DNA of 64,000 bases from Sphyrna mokarran (Eukaryota). Each line of letters begins with the position of its first letter. The first letter of the stretch is position 1. The DNA is taken from NCBI GenBank assembly GCA_024679065.1, contig JAGIQG010000020.1, positions 8,742,001 through 8,806,000 of the forward strand, read 5' to 3'. The position numbers and the translations under genes were made by a program. This document shows positions 25,627-38,788 of the stretch, in pieces. Under the pieces are notes generated by a model, which saw only the letters and a program-made list of their open reading frames with translations, was not told the origin of the DNA and did no database searches.

Positions 25627-28600
25627 CTGGAAAGTAGAGACAAATGATTGCACATCCATTAAAAATCGGCATCAATGATTGAATCGTTGTTTCACCTTCT
25701 TCAATTTTTTAAAAAATCGGCATTATTCTACAAGAATGTATAGATTTTACACAGTGGTGTCTTATTGATGCTAAATGCAAGCAAGCCGGAACTCTGGTTT
25801 CTGGAACACATGCAACCTGAGAAGGTTTTCTTTTTTACCCTGCACGGACAGGAACAGGCAAATAAAATGTGATCTAAATAGTGGAGTTTGAAATGTTAAG
25901 AAGAAAAATAAAACGGGAGGTTTATTGCATCCATATGTGCTCTGAAGCAATGCTGTCCAAACCATTGTCGCAACCATCGACAATTTCAGAATAACGCTAA
26001 CCACTCAGAACTTGGTGTCAATATTGGAACCTATGCTGACCACATCATTTCTAAATGTTTCGCTGAATAATCTCAAATGCTGGCAACATTGAGCAGGTGT
26101 GACGATCACTTTCTATTTAAACGAAAGCGGATTCAAGTGAATTATTTTTACATCGGCATGTTCGCCAGATATGATTTCTTAAAGTAACATCTAAATTGTT
26201 CAAGAGCATTTTTCTCCCTTTTGCTGCATGCTGATCCATTTCACAGTAACATAGTCCAATAAACAAATGACTTGTAGAGGAAAATTTAAAAAAAGGGAAG
26301 AGACCCCTATCACAATTTTCCAATCGTGCCTGGAGCAGGCTTGGCCCTCGGAGACAGGAAGACAGATAAAATTGTGAAAGGACAAAAGGGGGGTAGCATA
26401 GAGACAGACCAGTGAACCCAATCTCATTAAAGAGAGAACAATTGGAATAAACGCGGCATAATCAAATACAGTGATTACGGCTTTGTTAGCAATCTTAGCC
26501 TAGCGTGAATTAGTACTTTTGAGCAGGTGGATGAGCAGTGAATTGCGGTAATATTTTTGGTATAGCCTAAATGAATTTCAGCAAGATTCTTGTTAAGTTC
26601 ACACATAGGTATGAACAGTTTGGATCAGAAATTGGATCAGAGGCAGGAAGCAAAGATTCCGTATATCAATGAGTGCCTCTATGATTGTTGTCAGATGATA
26701 CAAAATTGGCACTGTGGTTGCTAACGAAGAAAGCTGGATAATGCAGGAAGACAATAGAGGACTAGTCGGATAAATGCAACAGCGGCAAATAGAATTAAAT
26801 GCGGAACTGTATTTCAAGAAGGCCAACAAGACCAGCGATTACACTGTATAAATGGGACAATGCCGTGAAATATAGAGAACTCAGTGAAATGAAAATGAAT
26901 GTTCACAGATCCTGAATGCGGCTGAGCAAGTGGATATGGTAGCAAAGAAGGCATTATAATCCGAGGTATAGATTCTTACAACTTGGATATTATGTTGAAA
27001 CTGCTGGAAAGGTGCGTAAGGAAATGAAACGGGGACGAGTACAGGGGAGATCGAGAGGGGCGTAACGGCTGAAATGGAATATTTAGTTATTAGTAAATGT
27101 TGAATTGACCAGCGTTCTTTTCTTTGGAACAGACGAGACTGAAAGAAGATCTAATTGAAGCATAATATTCTGAGGTGTCTGGGCAGAATGGATAGGAAAA
27201 CAGTATTGCCGATGGTTGGGGGGCCGATAAGAATGGGGGTTGCATTTAGCGTTAGAAATAGAAGATTTAGTGGAGATAGAAGAGAATAGTTTCACCCAGA
27301 GAGTTTAGGGGATGTGGAACCTACTGCCGGAAAGGCTATTAGTAGCAAATTAATGGACACTTAAACGCACATACAATGTGTAATCGAAAGGCTAATTATT
27401 AAATGTTGGATTATTCCTTGTGAACCAGTGCAGACATAATTGGCCAAGTAGATTGTAACAACGTTGCGAAGGTATATCATTTCTATGATTCTGCGAATAT
27501 AATATATTGCTTTCCGCCTTCAGTGACGCACAGGGGCTACGGTGTGCGTATTTATAAGGTACACTGCCGCAACTCCGACAAGAGCTTCCAAACCAGCAAT
27601 GGACGAACACGTGGCCGCAGATGCACGGCAGCACCACCAGTTAATAAATCCCCATCAAGCTACACAATATACCAAAGTAGAACTATACCGCATTTCCTTC
27701 ACTTGTCAAAAACTCTTAGCCCCCTCCCTACGAGCACTGAGATACACCTAAGACACATGGACAACATCGGTTGAGAATGTGGCTCACCATCACTTTATCC
27801 ATGAATATTAGGCGGGGAGGGGAGGGCGGCAATGAATGTTAGCTTTCTGATCACATCCTATGAATCAACAAAAATGTTAGCAATCCCCATGTTTTGTTCT
27901 ATTACAACTCACTGACAATCACAGAACCAGCGGCAGTGCTAAATGAGTCCACAGCAATACTCAAAAACCTGGCAACCGAGTCCGGGGCATTCCAAAACTG
28001 ATTGGATGGGAAGAAAATGAACCGTAATTTCCGAAGGAAGCAAATATTCTGCGCATCATTGATTTTTGTTACTGTGATCCAGTAACGATCAGGGTCGATT
28101 ATTACTGGCGGAATTCTCGCAACAGTATGGTTATTTCGGTCAGCTGTGATTAGTGCGAAATATTAGGCTGAGAATTTTGTACTGAACTGTGTTCAGTGAG
28201 TTTGGGGACAAGTGTGAGTGAGTCGCACCCACTTACCACACTATCCTTCAATGCAAGAAAGATCTTAAAACTCAATGTTGCTTTAAGTGGAGTAAAGCAA
28301 CCTGATGTGAATGTTTTGAATGGAATTCGATGCCGTTTAAAACAGACGACAAGAGCAGCGTGTGAAACAGTCTGAACCACTTTATGGTTTTCATGCAATC
28401 ACGGAGTTATAGAGCACACAAAGGGGGACGATGGTAACTTGTAAAAAAACCCTGCCAGTTTAGCTCATTTCCAGGCCTGTTTTTTCACATTTGAATGAGA
28501 GGTCACTCCACTCCTAATACTGGCTGAGCGAAGGAAAACATCCCATTTTTCGAGCAATCGGCATTCAAATCGCGCTGCCGACTGAATCAGATGTCTCAAA

Positions 28601-28708
28601 CTTCTGCACAACCCGAGCAGATCAGACCCTCAGCTTCCAGTCAAATGAATTTCACTTGTAATCACATTTCTCCTTTCCCCTATCCCATAATTGGACACAC
28701 TGCAGAAA

Positions 28709-28900
28709 GATGGGTGTCTGGAACAAGCTGCCAGAGGTCGTCTTTTAAAAAACATTTAGATATTTACAAGGGTAAGATGTGTATAGAACGATATGGGTCA
28801 AACTAGGGCAATTGGAACGAGCTTAGGAGTTAAAAACAGAGTGGCATGGACAAGTTGGGCCGAAGGGCCTCTTTCCATGCTGCAAACTTCTATGGCTCTA
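28709..28900 (+). mobile_element. Short CR1 3' fragment in the J-C intron of cluster 2 only
   Basis: gggtgtctggaacaagctgccagagg...ttgggccgaagggcc...ttctatggctcta; absent at the equivalent sites ~13418 and ~49400. Confidence 0.75.
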
Positions 28901-29103
28901 CAACTGAACAATCGCCGAAGTTCTGAAGCCACCTATTGCTGCAAATCATTGACTGATGAATCATAGATCCCCTATAAAAATATTTTAGGAGCAATCATTT
29001 TGATTTTCACTAGTTCAATCCAACTATCCGACGGTTTTCAAAGTACATTTTGTTATTTAGATAGCGTCATAAAATGTAGCGAACATTTAAGTGATTTACT
29101 TAC

Positions 29104-29448
29104 TGCCCAGATTCAACTCAGTTCCTCTCCCGAAAGCGTAACTACTTTGACTGTTGATCCAATCACTGCAGTAATAATCTGCAGCGTCCTCCGATTGCAC
29201 GTTGGTGATGGTTAAATGCATTTTGTTTCTTGATGAGTCCACAGACCCGGCGAATCGATCTGGAATACCCGAAGCCATACCAGAGTATTGGGACCAAACA
29301 AGCACAGGGACGCTGCCGGGTTTCTGCCAGTACCAGCTCGGGTAGCTGCTAATGCTTTCTCCGGACTTGGTGCAAGTGATGGTGACGGTCTTTCCCGGTG
29401 AAGACGAAATGGATTCTGGTTGGGTCAAGACAAGATCCGCAATTGTAC
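29104..29448 (-). CDS. IgL: Germline-joined VJ exon, cluster 2
   Basis: TIADLVLTQPESISSSPGKTVTITC...WYWQKPG...DYYCSDWINSQSSYAFGRGTELNLG; acceptor at 29449, donor GTAAGT at 29103; 345 nt. Confidence 0.96.
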
Positions 29449-29602
29449 CTGGTGAAATGCAAAGTATTATCAGTCACACACTGTGAAATGTTAAATATAG
29501 CTTAGAATTCGGGGCTTACAATTCAGGCTCGTTAAAACACAAGCGCAAAAGCAAATAACGTGAAGAAAATGAGTGTTACTTCAGCTTGACGCCCGTACTT
29601 AC

Positions 29603-29651
29603 TGTGAAAACAGAGTAGCAGTGCGGCGAGAACTCCAATCGGTTGTGTCAT
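29603..29651 (-). CDS. IgL: Leader exon, cluster 2
   Basis: MTQPIGVLAALLLCFH, 49 nt, donor GTAAGT. Confidence 0.92.
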
Positions 29652-29772
29652 GGTGAAGGTTTGGGGAGAGGTAGAAGGCAAATAAATCCTGACACGAACG
29701 CGCTTCTGAGTCCGTTCCAACCTCTCCTTAAAAAGATTCAAACACGGCAGGGCGAATGAATATTAATTACGT

Positions 29773-29793
29773 ATGCAAATTTCCTGGCACGTG
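29773..29793 (-). promoter_or_regulatory. Ig promoter octamer plus E-box CACGTG, cluster 2
   Basis: ATGCAAAT at 29773-29780; CACGTG at 29788-29793. Confidence 0.88.
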
Positions 29794-30132
29794 ATAGTAG
29801 GCCGTATATCTCCATTTCGGTATTGTCTGATATTTTCAAGATGCGCACGATAGTCATTTTGGAGAAGAAAAAATATAAACCTTCCAGGCCACAGAGCAGC
29901 GTACAAAATGGCTCAATACCCAATTAACCCCCCTCCCCCCAAAAAAGAGATTAAATGAATCGTGGCTTGATCTCTGGAAGCCTGCAGATTACAATAAATA
30001 AATATTGCGGACAGTAAGGCGTTCAAGAGCGTCCCTGGTGAAAAAATTAGAGAAGAAAAGTGTGAGTTGAGATTTCATGTGCACACAGAGGGGTGTAAGG
30101 GAATTAACCACACTCCATGTTGGCTTCTCGGC

Positions 30133-30297
30133 ATAGATAGATAGATATGTAGAGATGGATAAAAATAAAGATAGATAGATATAGAGATAGATAAATATGG
30201 ATAGATAGATGGATGGATAGATACATAGAAAAAGCAGTAGATAGATAGATAGAAACAAAAAGTAGTAGGTAGATACATAGATAGGTAGATAGATATC
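30133..30297. repeat. Degenerate (GATA)n microsatellite upstream of promoter 2
   Basis: atagatagatagatat...gatagatagat. Confidence 0.9.
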
Positions 30298-33200
30298 TGA
30301 TGAGTAAATGATAAACAAGCCACGAGGAACATTTTATTACCTACTGGAATGTGTTTGAGGCGCCAAAATTGTCTACTCAACACTATTCAAGTGTTGAAAA
30401 TCCACGGTATCCAAAGTGAGTTAAGTCTTGGCAAAATGAAATGCTCAAGGAAACAAAGCTTTTCGCATGATCTGTGTTGGTGGATTTGAGGAGTACATTT
30501 GCTGTCATGGGGAAGAATGAGTTTGAGATTGTCAGTGCATTGGCCGACGGAGAAATGAGCTGAAAATAGCAATTCTTTAAAATCAGATTTTTGATGGCAG
30601 GTGACCCTTCACATCACACCACCTTCTCCTCTCACCGTACGACAGGATTGAGAATCCATCGTACAATGTTCTATTGCCTCCTGATTTGAAAAATAAAACA
30701 AAACAGGCAAGCACTTCAAATGTTGATAACGTTTGCTTGCCACACATCTTCACCCCAAGTATCCTTGAACAATTATGAGAAATAACACGTTAGTTATGCA
30801 GTTGAGGCGCACAGAGGAGAACGAGAAAAAAATGAACTAATTACTTCGCCTGGAGAATTAACGATAGCGGCTGCAGATGCAGTTGCGTCAGTATAAAGAA
30901 TTCGAGAAGAATTCATCGCCGAAAGAGAGCAATCAGTCCATCGCTTCCATGTCGCTTCTGTAAAGGAGCCATGGAACTGGAATTTCTGCCTTGATCTTAC
31001 TCCAGTGTTCGACATATTTTCCACTTTTTTTGACAGTGATTGTTAAACCTTCTTCCGTTAGCCTTTGATCCAGTTGTCTCCAGATCATTAAGAGTTGGAA
31101 CATATTTACCCACCACCGGCCCTCTTCTGTTCCTGCTCCCGGGCTATTTCAAATGTTTGCCTTCCGGTGATCAAAGTTGACGACATTTGAAGCAGCTTCT
31201 CCTGTCCTTACCCAACACCTTTAAGAACATCTTTATCAAATCTTCTGTGCGGCACTAAGGAGAACAATTCCAGATTCTCTCGTCTTTCCATCTAACTGAG
31301 GACTTTTATCTCTGGAAACATGCTAATAAACCTTCTTGCACACTCTCCAAGGCCTTGAAATATTGTCAAGAACAGGACTCACTACTCTAGCTGGGGTCGA
31401 ACAAAGATAAAAAGGTTGACATATTTACTTGCATTTGTACTGGAATTTTACTGACACTCGTGTCGCAAGAGTAAAGGGTGGGAAAGGAATATTAAACTTT
31501 CTCCAGCACTGGGAACATTTCCAAGCGGCGGTCAGGTAGAGGAATCAGGAACAGGCAATTAATGTTGTTAGGCTGAAATATATCAAAGGGTATTTACTGA
31601 AAGGGTATGCCTCAGTCAGTACACTGGGAGTGAGAGGTTTAAGGCCTTGCCTCTGAGTGGAATGCAGAGAGTTGACATCTGCGGTGTAGAAAGAGGGAGA
31701 GAGAGAGACAGAGAATAGTTCAGTTAACACAACGAGACAGCAGGTGCGAGAGAAGAACCACCCTCATGGCGTGGAAGCGGAATCGGAAAACGATTCGCAT
31801 GGGGCCAGAAATGCAGATGAAAGTTGACTGAAGACGGGACGCAGTTGAAATAACAGACAGGAAAAAAAGGCCTACTTCATGGAGATGTTGAATCCAATGA
31901 TTGCGTCCGACTGGAAGCAAAAGTGTAAAAATCTGCGATTATTGGCAGAGCTGATGATTGGCAAGAATATAAAAACCGACAAGGAATGATTAATAAAGTA
32001 ATGAGGAAGGAGAATTTAGTGTATGAGAGAATGTTAGCTAGACATATTAAAATAATGTAAGAATTTCTACATACTTTTAAAAAGGAAAATGCCACTAAAA
32101 TAAGTGTGGTTACTCTGGAGTAGGAGTACCGGAAATTCAGAATACGGAATGAGGACATGGCAGCACAATTGATATATTTTTTGCGCCTCGCTGAAGGATA
32201 CATAAATAAAATCCCAGAAATGCTTGCAGGGAAAAGATAGAAGGGAGGGAGGGACGTAAAGCAACTACAAGCACCAGGTCAATGCTGCTGAGAAAACGAT
32301 CAGAACTGAAGGTTGGCAAGTCGTTAAGACATGATGGAGCTGGGGAAGATACCCTTATGCAGAGTGGATGCAGGCGCGATGGGTCTCCCTCTGCGTTGTA
32401 GTGATTTTATAATTCCATGAGATTCGGAAATAGCATCTATTTCTCCTCTATTCAAGAAAGGAAAGAGACAGAAAAGATGTAACTACAAGCTAATTAGACG
32501 AACATGTGTTAAAATTAAAATGCTACAATCTATTGTTAGGCATGGCACTTGCAATTATGCAGGGCTTTATATAATTGAAACCATACTTTATTCATTTGTT
32601 ACATTTACTTGAGCAAATTGTTAGTGACGTGGATAAAAAGGAACCTGTCGTCTTCGATTTCCAAAACGCATTTCATGAGATACCGCTTCAAAGACAAAGT
32701 ATGAAAAGCCAAATAGGAGCCCATCATGTATGGGGTAACATTTATCATGAATTGAGGATTGGTTGGCTTACAGAAACAGAGAGGTGTGTTGATTGAGCAT
32801 TACTGGGGGGAGGGGGCGGGTGGGTCAAATATATCCGGTGGTATGTCGCAGGAAAGGGACAGGGAAAGAAGAAAGGGACATCAATTAAAATAAGTTTTTC
32901 AATTGAGATGTCGATAAAGAGAATTTCATTCTCTGTGAGAGCGATTAGTCGGTGGAACTCTCTTTACCAGGAATAAAACCCATCGTCAATGATGGCGGAT
33001 AATTAAGCAACTCACTGGAGGAGAAGACATCACAAATGTCCCCACCCTCAACGATCAGTGAAAAAGATAAGGCTTAAAACGTTCGCAAGAATCTTTTGTC
33101 ATGTATGCAATATGGATGATCCATCTTCGCCTTATCCGTAAATAGTCAGCATTACGGATGTCAAGCTTCAGCCAAATCAATTCGCTCCACTTGATATCAA

Positions 33201-33980
33201 GAATTGGCCGAACGCCTTGAATACTACAAAGGCTTTGGGCCCTAACAATATTCTGTCGACAGTCCTGACGACTTGTGCTCCAAACCATGCGGCCCCGCCA
33301 GTCATTTACAATACTTACATCTACTGGGCATTGCAGAAAATTACGCAGTTACGTTCTCTACGCAAAAAGAAGGGCAATTCCACTTTATTGATTAGCCATC
33401 AGGCCACTCCAAATCATCAGAAAATTGATGGAAGTGGTCATTAACAGCGCAATCAAACTGCAGGAACTTAGCTGGAACATATTCACCACACATACGTTGG
33501 ATCCGCTAGTCACTCAGTACCTGAATTCATTGCAGCCTTGGGTCAAACATGGACAAGAGTAGTTGAATGTCCGATTGAAGTGACTGCCCTTGACGTCAGG
33601 GCAGCACGGATGGAATTAAGGAGCCCGCACAATGCTGTAGTCAATTAGAATCAGAGGGAAAACTCCTCGCTGGTTGGAGTCATACCTAGCACACAGGAAG
33701 AGTATTGCGGTGTTGAAGTTCAATCATCTAATTTGCAAACTTCACTGCAGGAGTTTCTCAAGATTGTGTCCGAGGTCCAACCATCCTTCTCTGCTGGGAT
33801 GACCTTCCTTGCATTAAAATGTCAGCAGTGGGGACGATCACACAGTCTACAGGACCATTCCCGCATCATCAGAGACTGTCCACACGTAGTAAGTCCAGGA
33901 CAATATCCAAGCTTGGGTTGACAAGTGGCAGGTAACCTTCGTGGAAAAGTAGCGCCAGGAAATAATCATCTCCAACAACA

Positions 33981-34742
33981 GGTGTACAAGATTATGAGGA
34001 GTATAGATAGAGTAAACAGGGTTAAGCTTTTTCCTAAGTTGGACTCAAATAGCACGAGAGGTCACGGGCTTAGGGTGAGGGGGGTGGGGGTAAGATATAA
34101 TTTGGATGTTAGAGGGAGTTTTTTCACACAGAGGGTGGTGGGGTATGGAACGCGCTGCCAAATAAAGTGGTGGAGGCAGATACTCTGGAGTTATTTAAGA
34201 GATACTTAGATAGGCACATGAACAGAATGGGATTGAAGGGTATAGAAAACTGATTTAAAATAAGGATCATGAGCCTTGGGAGTTCCCTGGGAAGTGTGTA
34301 AATTGTCGATGATATTGATGCATTTGTTTTATTCTACAGGTACTTCGGTCCGCTTTGTTGTCATACACGCAATGGGTCGTGAGAGGGCTGCTCTTGGATT
34401 TTTCGAGAGTATCCTAGTGCTTCACGTCGTTAGTGCACGCTTGACCTGGACCATTTGATGGGCAACACGACAGTTCAGTGACTATCGCTGTGCTGTGCAG
34501 ATACATGGATTTGGGCCTGTGTCTGTGGGAGTTTGCGCATTCTCCCCGTGCTTGCGTGGGTTTTCTCCAGGTGTTCCGGTTTCCTCCCACATCCTAAAGA
34601 TGTGCTCTTAGGCTGACTGGCAGAACAAATTCTCCCTAATTTGTCTCAAATTTGTTTTCAATGCATAGATCTATAAACATAGACAGGGATCACGGGTAGA
34701 AGTCGCGGGCTCGTTGGGCAGAAGGGCCTGTTTCCCGTGCTA
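33981..34742 (+). mobile_element. CR1 subfamily B 3' fragment flanked by target-site duplication AACAGG
   Basis: VYKIMRSIDRVNRVKLFP..TRGHGLRVRG; AACAGG at 33977-33982 and 34742-34747; empty site at ~20020. Confidence 0.88.
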
Positions 34743-37700
34743 ACAGGGAATCTAACCGTTGTCCCTTGACATACAATGGTATTGCCACCGCTGTCGACAT
34801 CCTAAGGTGAATATTGACAGGAAACTGAACTGATCCTGACGTTTAAGATGGCTACAAAAACAGGTCAGAGGCTATGAATCCTGTGACAAGTATCTCATTT
34901 CCTGACTCGCCAAACCTGTCCACCATCTGCGAGTCAGAAGTGAGGAATGCGATAGAATATTTGCACTCGCCTGAAGCTTCTATAACTTTCAAGCAGATTA
35001 GACCATCCATGACAAAATTTGACTGGCACCTATTCCACAAACTCCCTCCGCGACGCTGAACAGTGGCAGCAGTTTGTACCATTTGCAAGATGCGCTGCAA
35101 AATCCCATAGGAGCTCCATTGGCAGCATCTTACAAAATTACATCGCTACCGTCCAGGAGGACAAAGGAGGCAGACACATGGGAATTCACCACCATTTTAA
35201 CGCTTCCCTCCAAGTTATTCGCAATCTGACATGAGGGTATATTGCTTACTTAGACCACAGGGACTGCGCTGATTCAAACAAAGCAATTCACCACCATCAT
35301 CACGAGGGCAATTGCGGTGAAGAATAAATGCTGGTCTAGTCAGGATGTTCACATCACGTTAAAAAAGATGCAGAATTCGATTGAAAAGGGATCCAAAGAA
35401 TATAGGGGTAGACAGGAATTAGGGGTCGAGCCAAGACCACATCAGCAACGATCTTAGGCCTAATCCTCCTTCCAATTCATACAATCGTATAATTTGTATT
35501 TGCGCCTTTCTTGCCCATTTTTATCTTGCCAAATTTCTGAAACTTCGAATCCACTAATGTGGCACTGGCAGTATTATCTTTAGTGAATGAAGCAGGAAAG
35601 GAAGTGAGAGTAACACATTTCGTAACATTGGTTTCTTACTGCTTCTAATCATTCGTATTTTCTAATATTATAGACAGTCACCACTAAAAAGGCGAACACA
35701 TTAAACATCGAAGTTAATTGACAATACCTAACGAGAATATTCTGAAAATGACTTCCATGTCTGAATCCCTATTTATCAAGTATCTACGTATTAGGCCAGG
35801 AATTGATATTTTGAGATAATTTTCGCCGCCTAGACACTCCATGTAACAACACGGTCCCTGGTATATCAATTGCAATATTGCCATCTGCTGGTTCAGCCGT
35901 ACAACGTGCAGAGATTCATTGGGATTCAGTTTGGACTTCTTTCATCTATTGTATATAGTCCAATAGAAAGCAGGGGAAATGAAATGATAATTATAACATG
36001 AAATTCAGGATAAATTCAGGAACTCTGATCGCACTTGTGAAGAGAGAAACACAAGTTCTGTATAAGGGTTGTTTCCACTGCTGTGTTTGGTGAAAGTGTT
36101 CAGTCTCCAGTAAATTAAGTGTAAATCCCATCAGTACCTTTATCATGCATTTCAAACGTTTCGAAAACAGGTGCAGGCGCAGCCTCAAACAAGGCAATAG
36201 GAACTAACACTGTAAAGAATGCCGGACGCTGTAGATTGACCATTAATTGCCGGATTAGTATTGCAGAGTCCTGGAAAAAGCAATGATTCTGAATCTCTTC
36301 ATGGTGTCTGGCAATAAATCTTGAACATAAGTAATTATAATTATGTTAACAAAAAACTCTGAATTGCCGAAAGAAACGTTCTCTTCATTAACATCATTCC
36401 GGCAGGAAGTCCTTAATGAGTACATTCGTGACTTCACGTTTTCGGTCCCGAAAAAGATACAGAAGCCCGAGGCCATGTACCAACCAAGTTAAGAACAGCT
36501 TCTTCCCTGCTGCTCTTAAATTTTGAATGGATCTAAGTCGCATTAAGTTAACGTTTCTCTGCACCCTAGCCATGACAGTAACAACACATTCGACACTCTT
36601 GCCTTTTCTTCTCTATGAATGGCATGCTTTATCGGTATAGCATGTAAGATACAATACCAGTCACCGTATGCTAATACATAAAACAAGAACACATCACATC
36701 AAATCAAATCAAAAGTATTTGTGCCATTAGGTGTGCAATGCATGACAGCCACATTAATAAGACGCTGTTAGCAGTTCTCTTGAGAATGGACCTCCTGATC
36801 TATTGGTTTACGTGTTACAGAAAGAGCCGTTCACCTGAAATAATTCGAAAAATAACAGCAAAGTAAGGTCAAAGCGGCAGTAGCGCAACTTTTGTTTTCA
36901 ATTCCGGAAGTAGTTACAGATGAGAATTAGAGCTCAGGAGTGAAGTAGTTTGGTGGAGGGAGAGGAAAACATCAGAGCGTATGTAAAGCCTAGCAAAAAG
37001 CAAGAACACAACTGATGCCATGCTGAAAGCACACCATTATTTATACATATTGTAAAGAGTCGAGGCCACAGCACTGATCATGTAGCATACCACTCCTCAC
37101 ATCTTGCCAATCACAAAATTGTCCCTTTTGCCTACTCTCCGTTTCCTGTTCGCTCGCAAATTTTCTGTCAATGACCCCAGACGATAAACTCTCATTTTCC
37201 GCAATACTCTTTGCTGTCACATCTTATTAAATACTTACTGGAAAATACAGTACATCCACCTGCTCTCCTTTATCCACAGCATGTTACTTCTTTAAATCAC
37301 TCCAGTAAATTGATTCAACATGACTTCTCTTTGACCAAACTGTGTTGGCGCTTTCTGATTACTGTGAATTTACTAATGTGCCCTGCTATCAAACCTTAAT
37401 AACCGCTAAATATGTTTTCCTTATATGTCACATGTTCAGCTGACTTGCGTTGTACAGCTAACGTGTTTCTACTTTAGGTCTCTTTTTCCTATTGCATTAA
37501 ACTGATACATCTGCTGTTTTCCAATCCAATGGACGCTTCCCAGAAACTGGGGAACATTAAAACCAACCCATCAATTATCTCATTTGTCACTTCTTTTAAG
37601 ACTTTCAGGTAAAATCCAGCAAGACCTGAGGACTTATGAACCGACATCTTCAACAACTTTCTGAGTGTTATTTCCCTGACGATTCTAATTTTCCTGAGTC

Positions 37701-38236
37701 CTTCTCTTCTATTTCCTGCCCTACTGCTATTTCTGTGATACTATTTGTAGTATTTGTCATACAAATAGTATCATACTTCTCCCCAATGAAAACTAAAGCA
37801 AAATATCTGTTCTCTTCATCTGCAATCTTTGTTTGCTACAAATTCTCCAGACTCAATTTCTATCATCTATCGCCCACACTTGCAACTTTTTTATTTGATC
37901 GTTAAACTTTACAATTTGAAGTTGATGTTTAGTGTCATAAGTAGTAACACTGCTATAAAATTACTGTGAAATCCCCAGTCGCTGCAGTCCGGCAGCTGTT
38001 TGGATACACTGAGAGAGAATTAGCAACACTAAGCACTATGCCAAAGGCAAGAAATAATTGAAAGAAACTCTGGGAAACAAATGAACTGGTCTGGAAGCAT
38101 CTGTGGAAACGGAAACAGAGTGAAAATTGCGCTTCCAAAAGTGCCAGCTGAAAATATATACAATGAGTTTCGTTCACTTGAACTTCACTGAAAAAGTACA
38201 GGAAATCACTCCAATTATACCCTCAAGATGAAAATT

Positions 38237-38788
38237 GGATAGATTGATGAAACCGATGACTGCATGAAATGTTACTCGTGCACTGGGGTGTGGTTACTTG
38301 GACAGCTCTTTGAAAGAGTATACTGGGTCAAAGATATTTTTGTGTTGTATTCTTCTGTGAAATGGTTGGGAACTGAGTTCAATATAGCCATTTGTTATGA
38401 TCAGGTTTAAATTCGTTTAAATTATGATGAAGCAGATTCACAAGTTTCTTCTAAAAGTCAATAGAAACTAAATACGATTGAAAGATTGTGACGAGAGAAT
38501 GTCTTGGATTAACTATGCATCATCACTTCTCTTTGCTTCTGTCCAAAACAATTGTCCACTGATCCTGAGTCTAAGATCCCGTGTTCTGGATTTCACAAGC
38601 AGGGCAAACATCCGCCTGATCTTTTCAGTTTCAAGGGCAGGGTCTTTCCGATAGTCGGTTTCTCTGTCCATCAACTCAATTCCCCGCTCTTCTTTGACCC
38701 AGTGCACGCTTTGAAAGAGCTGTTCAAGTAATCACACTCCAGTGCACGATTAACATTTCATGCAGACATCGGTTTCATGAATCTATCC
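38237..38788. repeat. 98-bp inverted repeat (arms 38237-38334 and 38691-38788)
   Basis: ggatagattgatgaaaccg...ctgggtcaaaga vs tctttgacccag...cggtttcatgaatctatcc, about 90% identical. Confidence 0.9.

Larger units (their letters stand above)
25304..29651 (-). other. IgL: Ig light-chain cluster 2 (L-VJ-C), lambda/type II, germline-joined
   Basis: join(29651..29603,29448..29104,25626..25304) is open, phase-1 GT-AG introns. Confidence 0.95.

Noticed and set aside
29479-29485. CACTGTG heptamer in the L-V intron (also cluster 3; CATTGTG in cluster 1)
   Set aside because: No nonamer at the right spacing and wrong side of V for an RSS.
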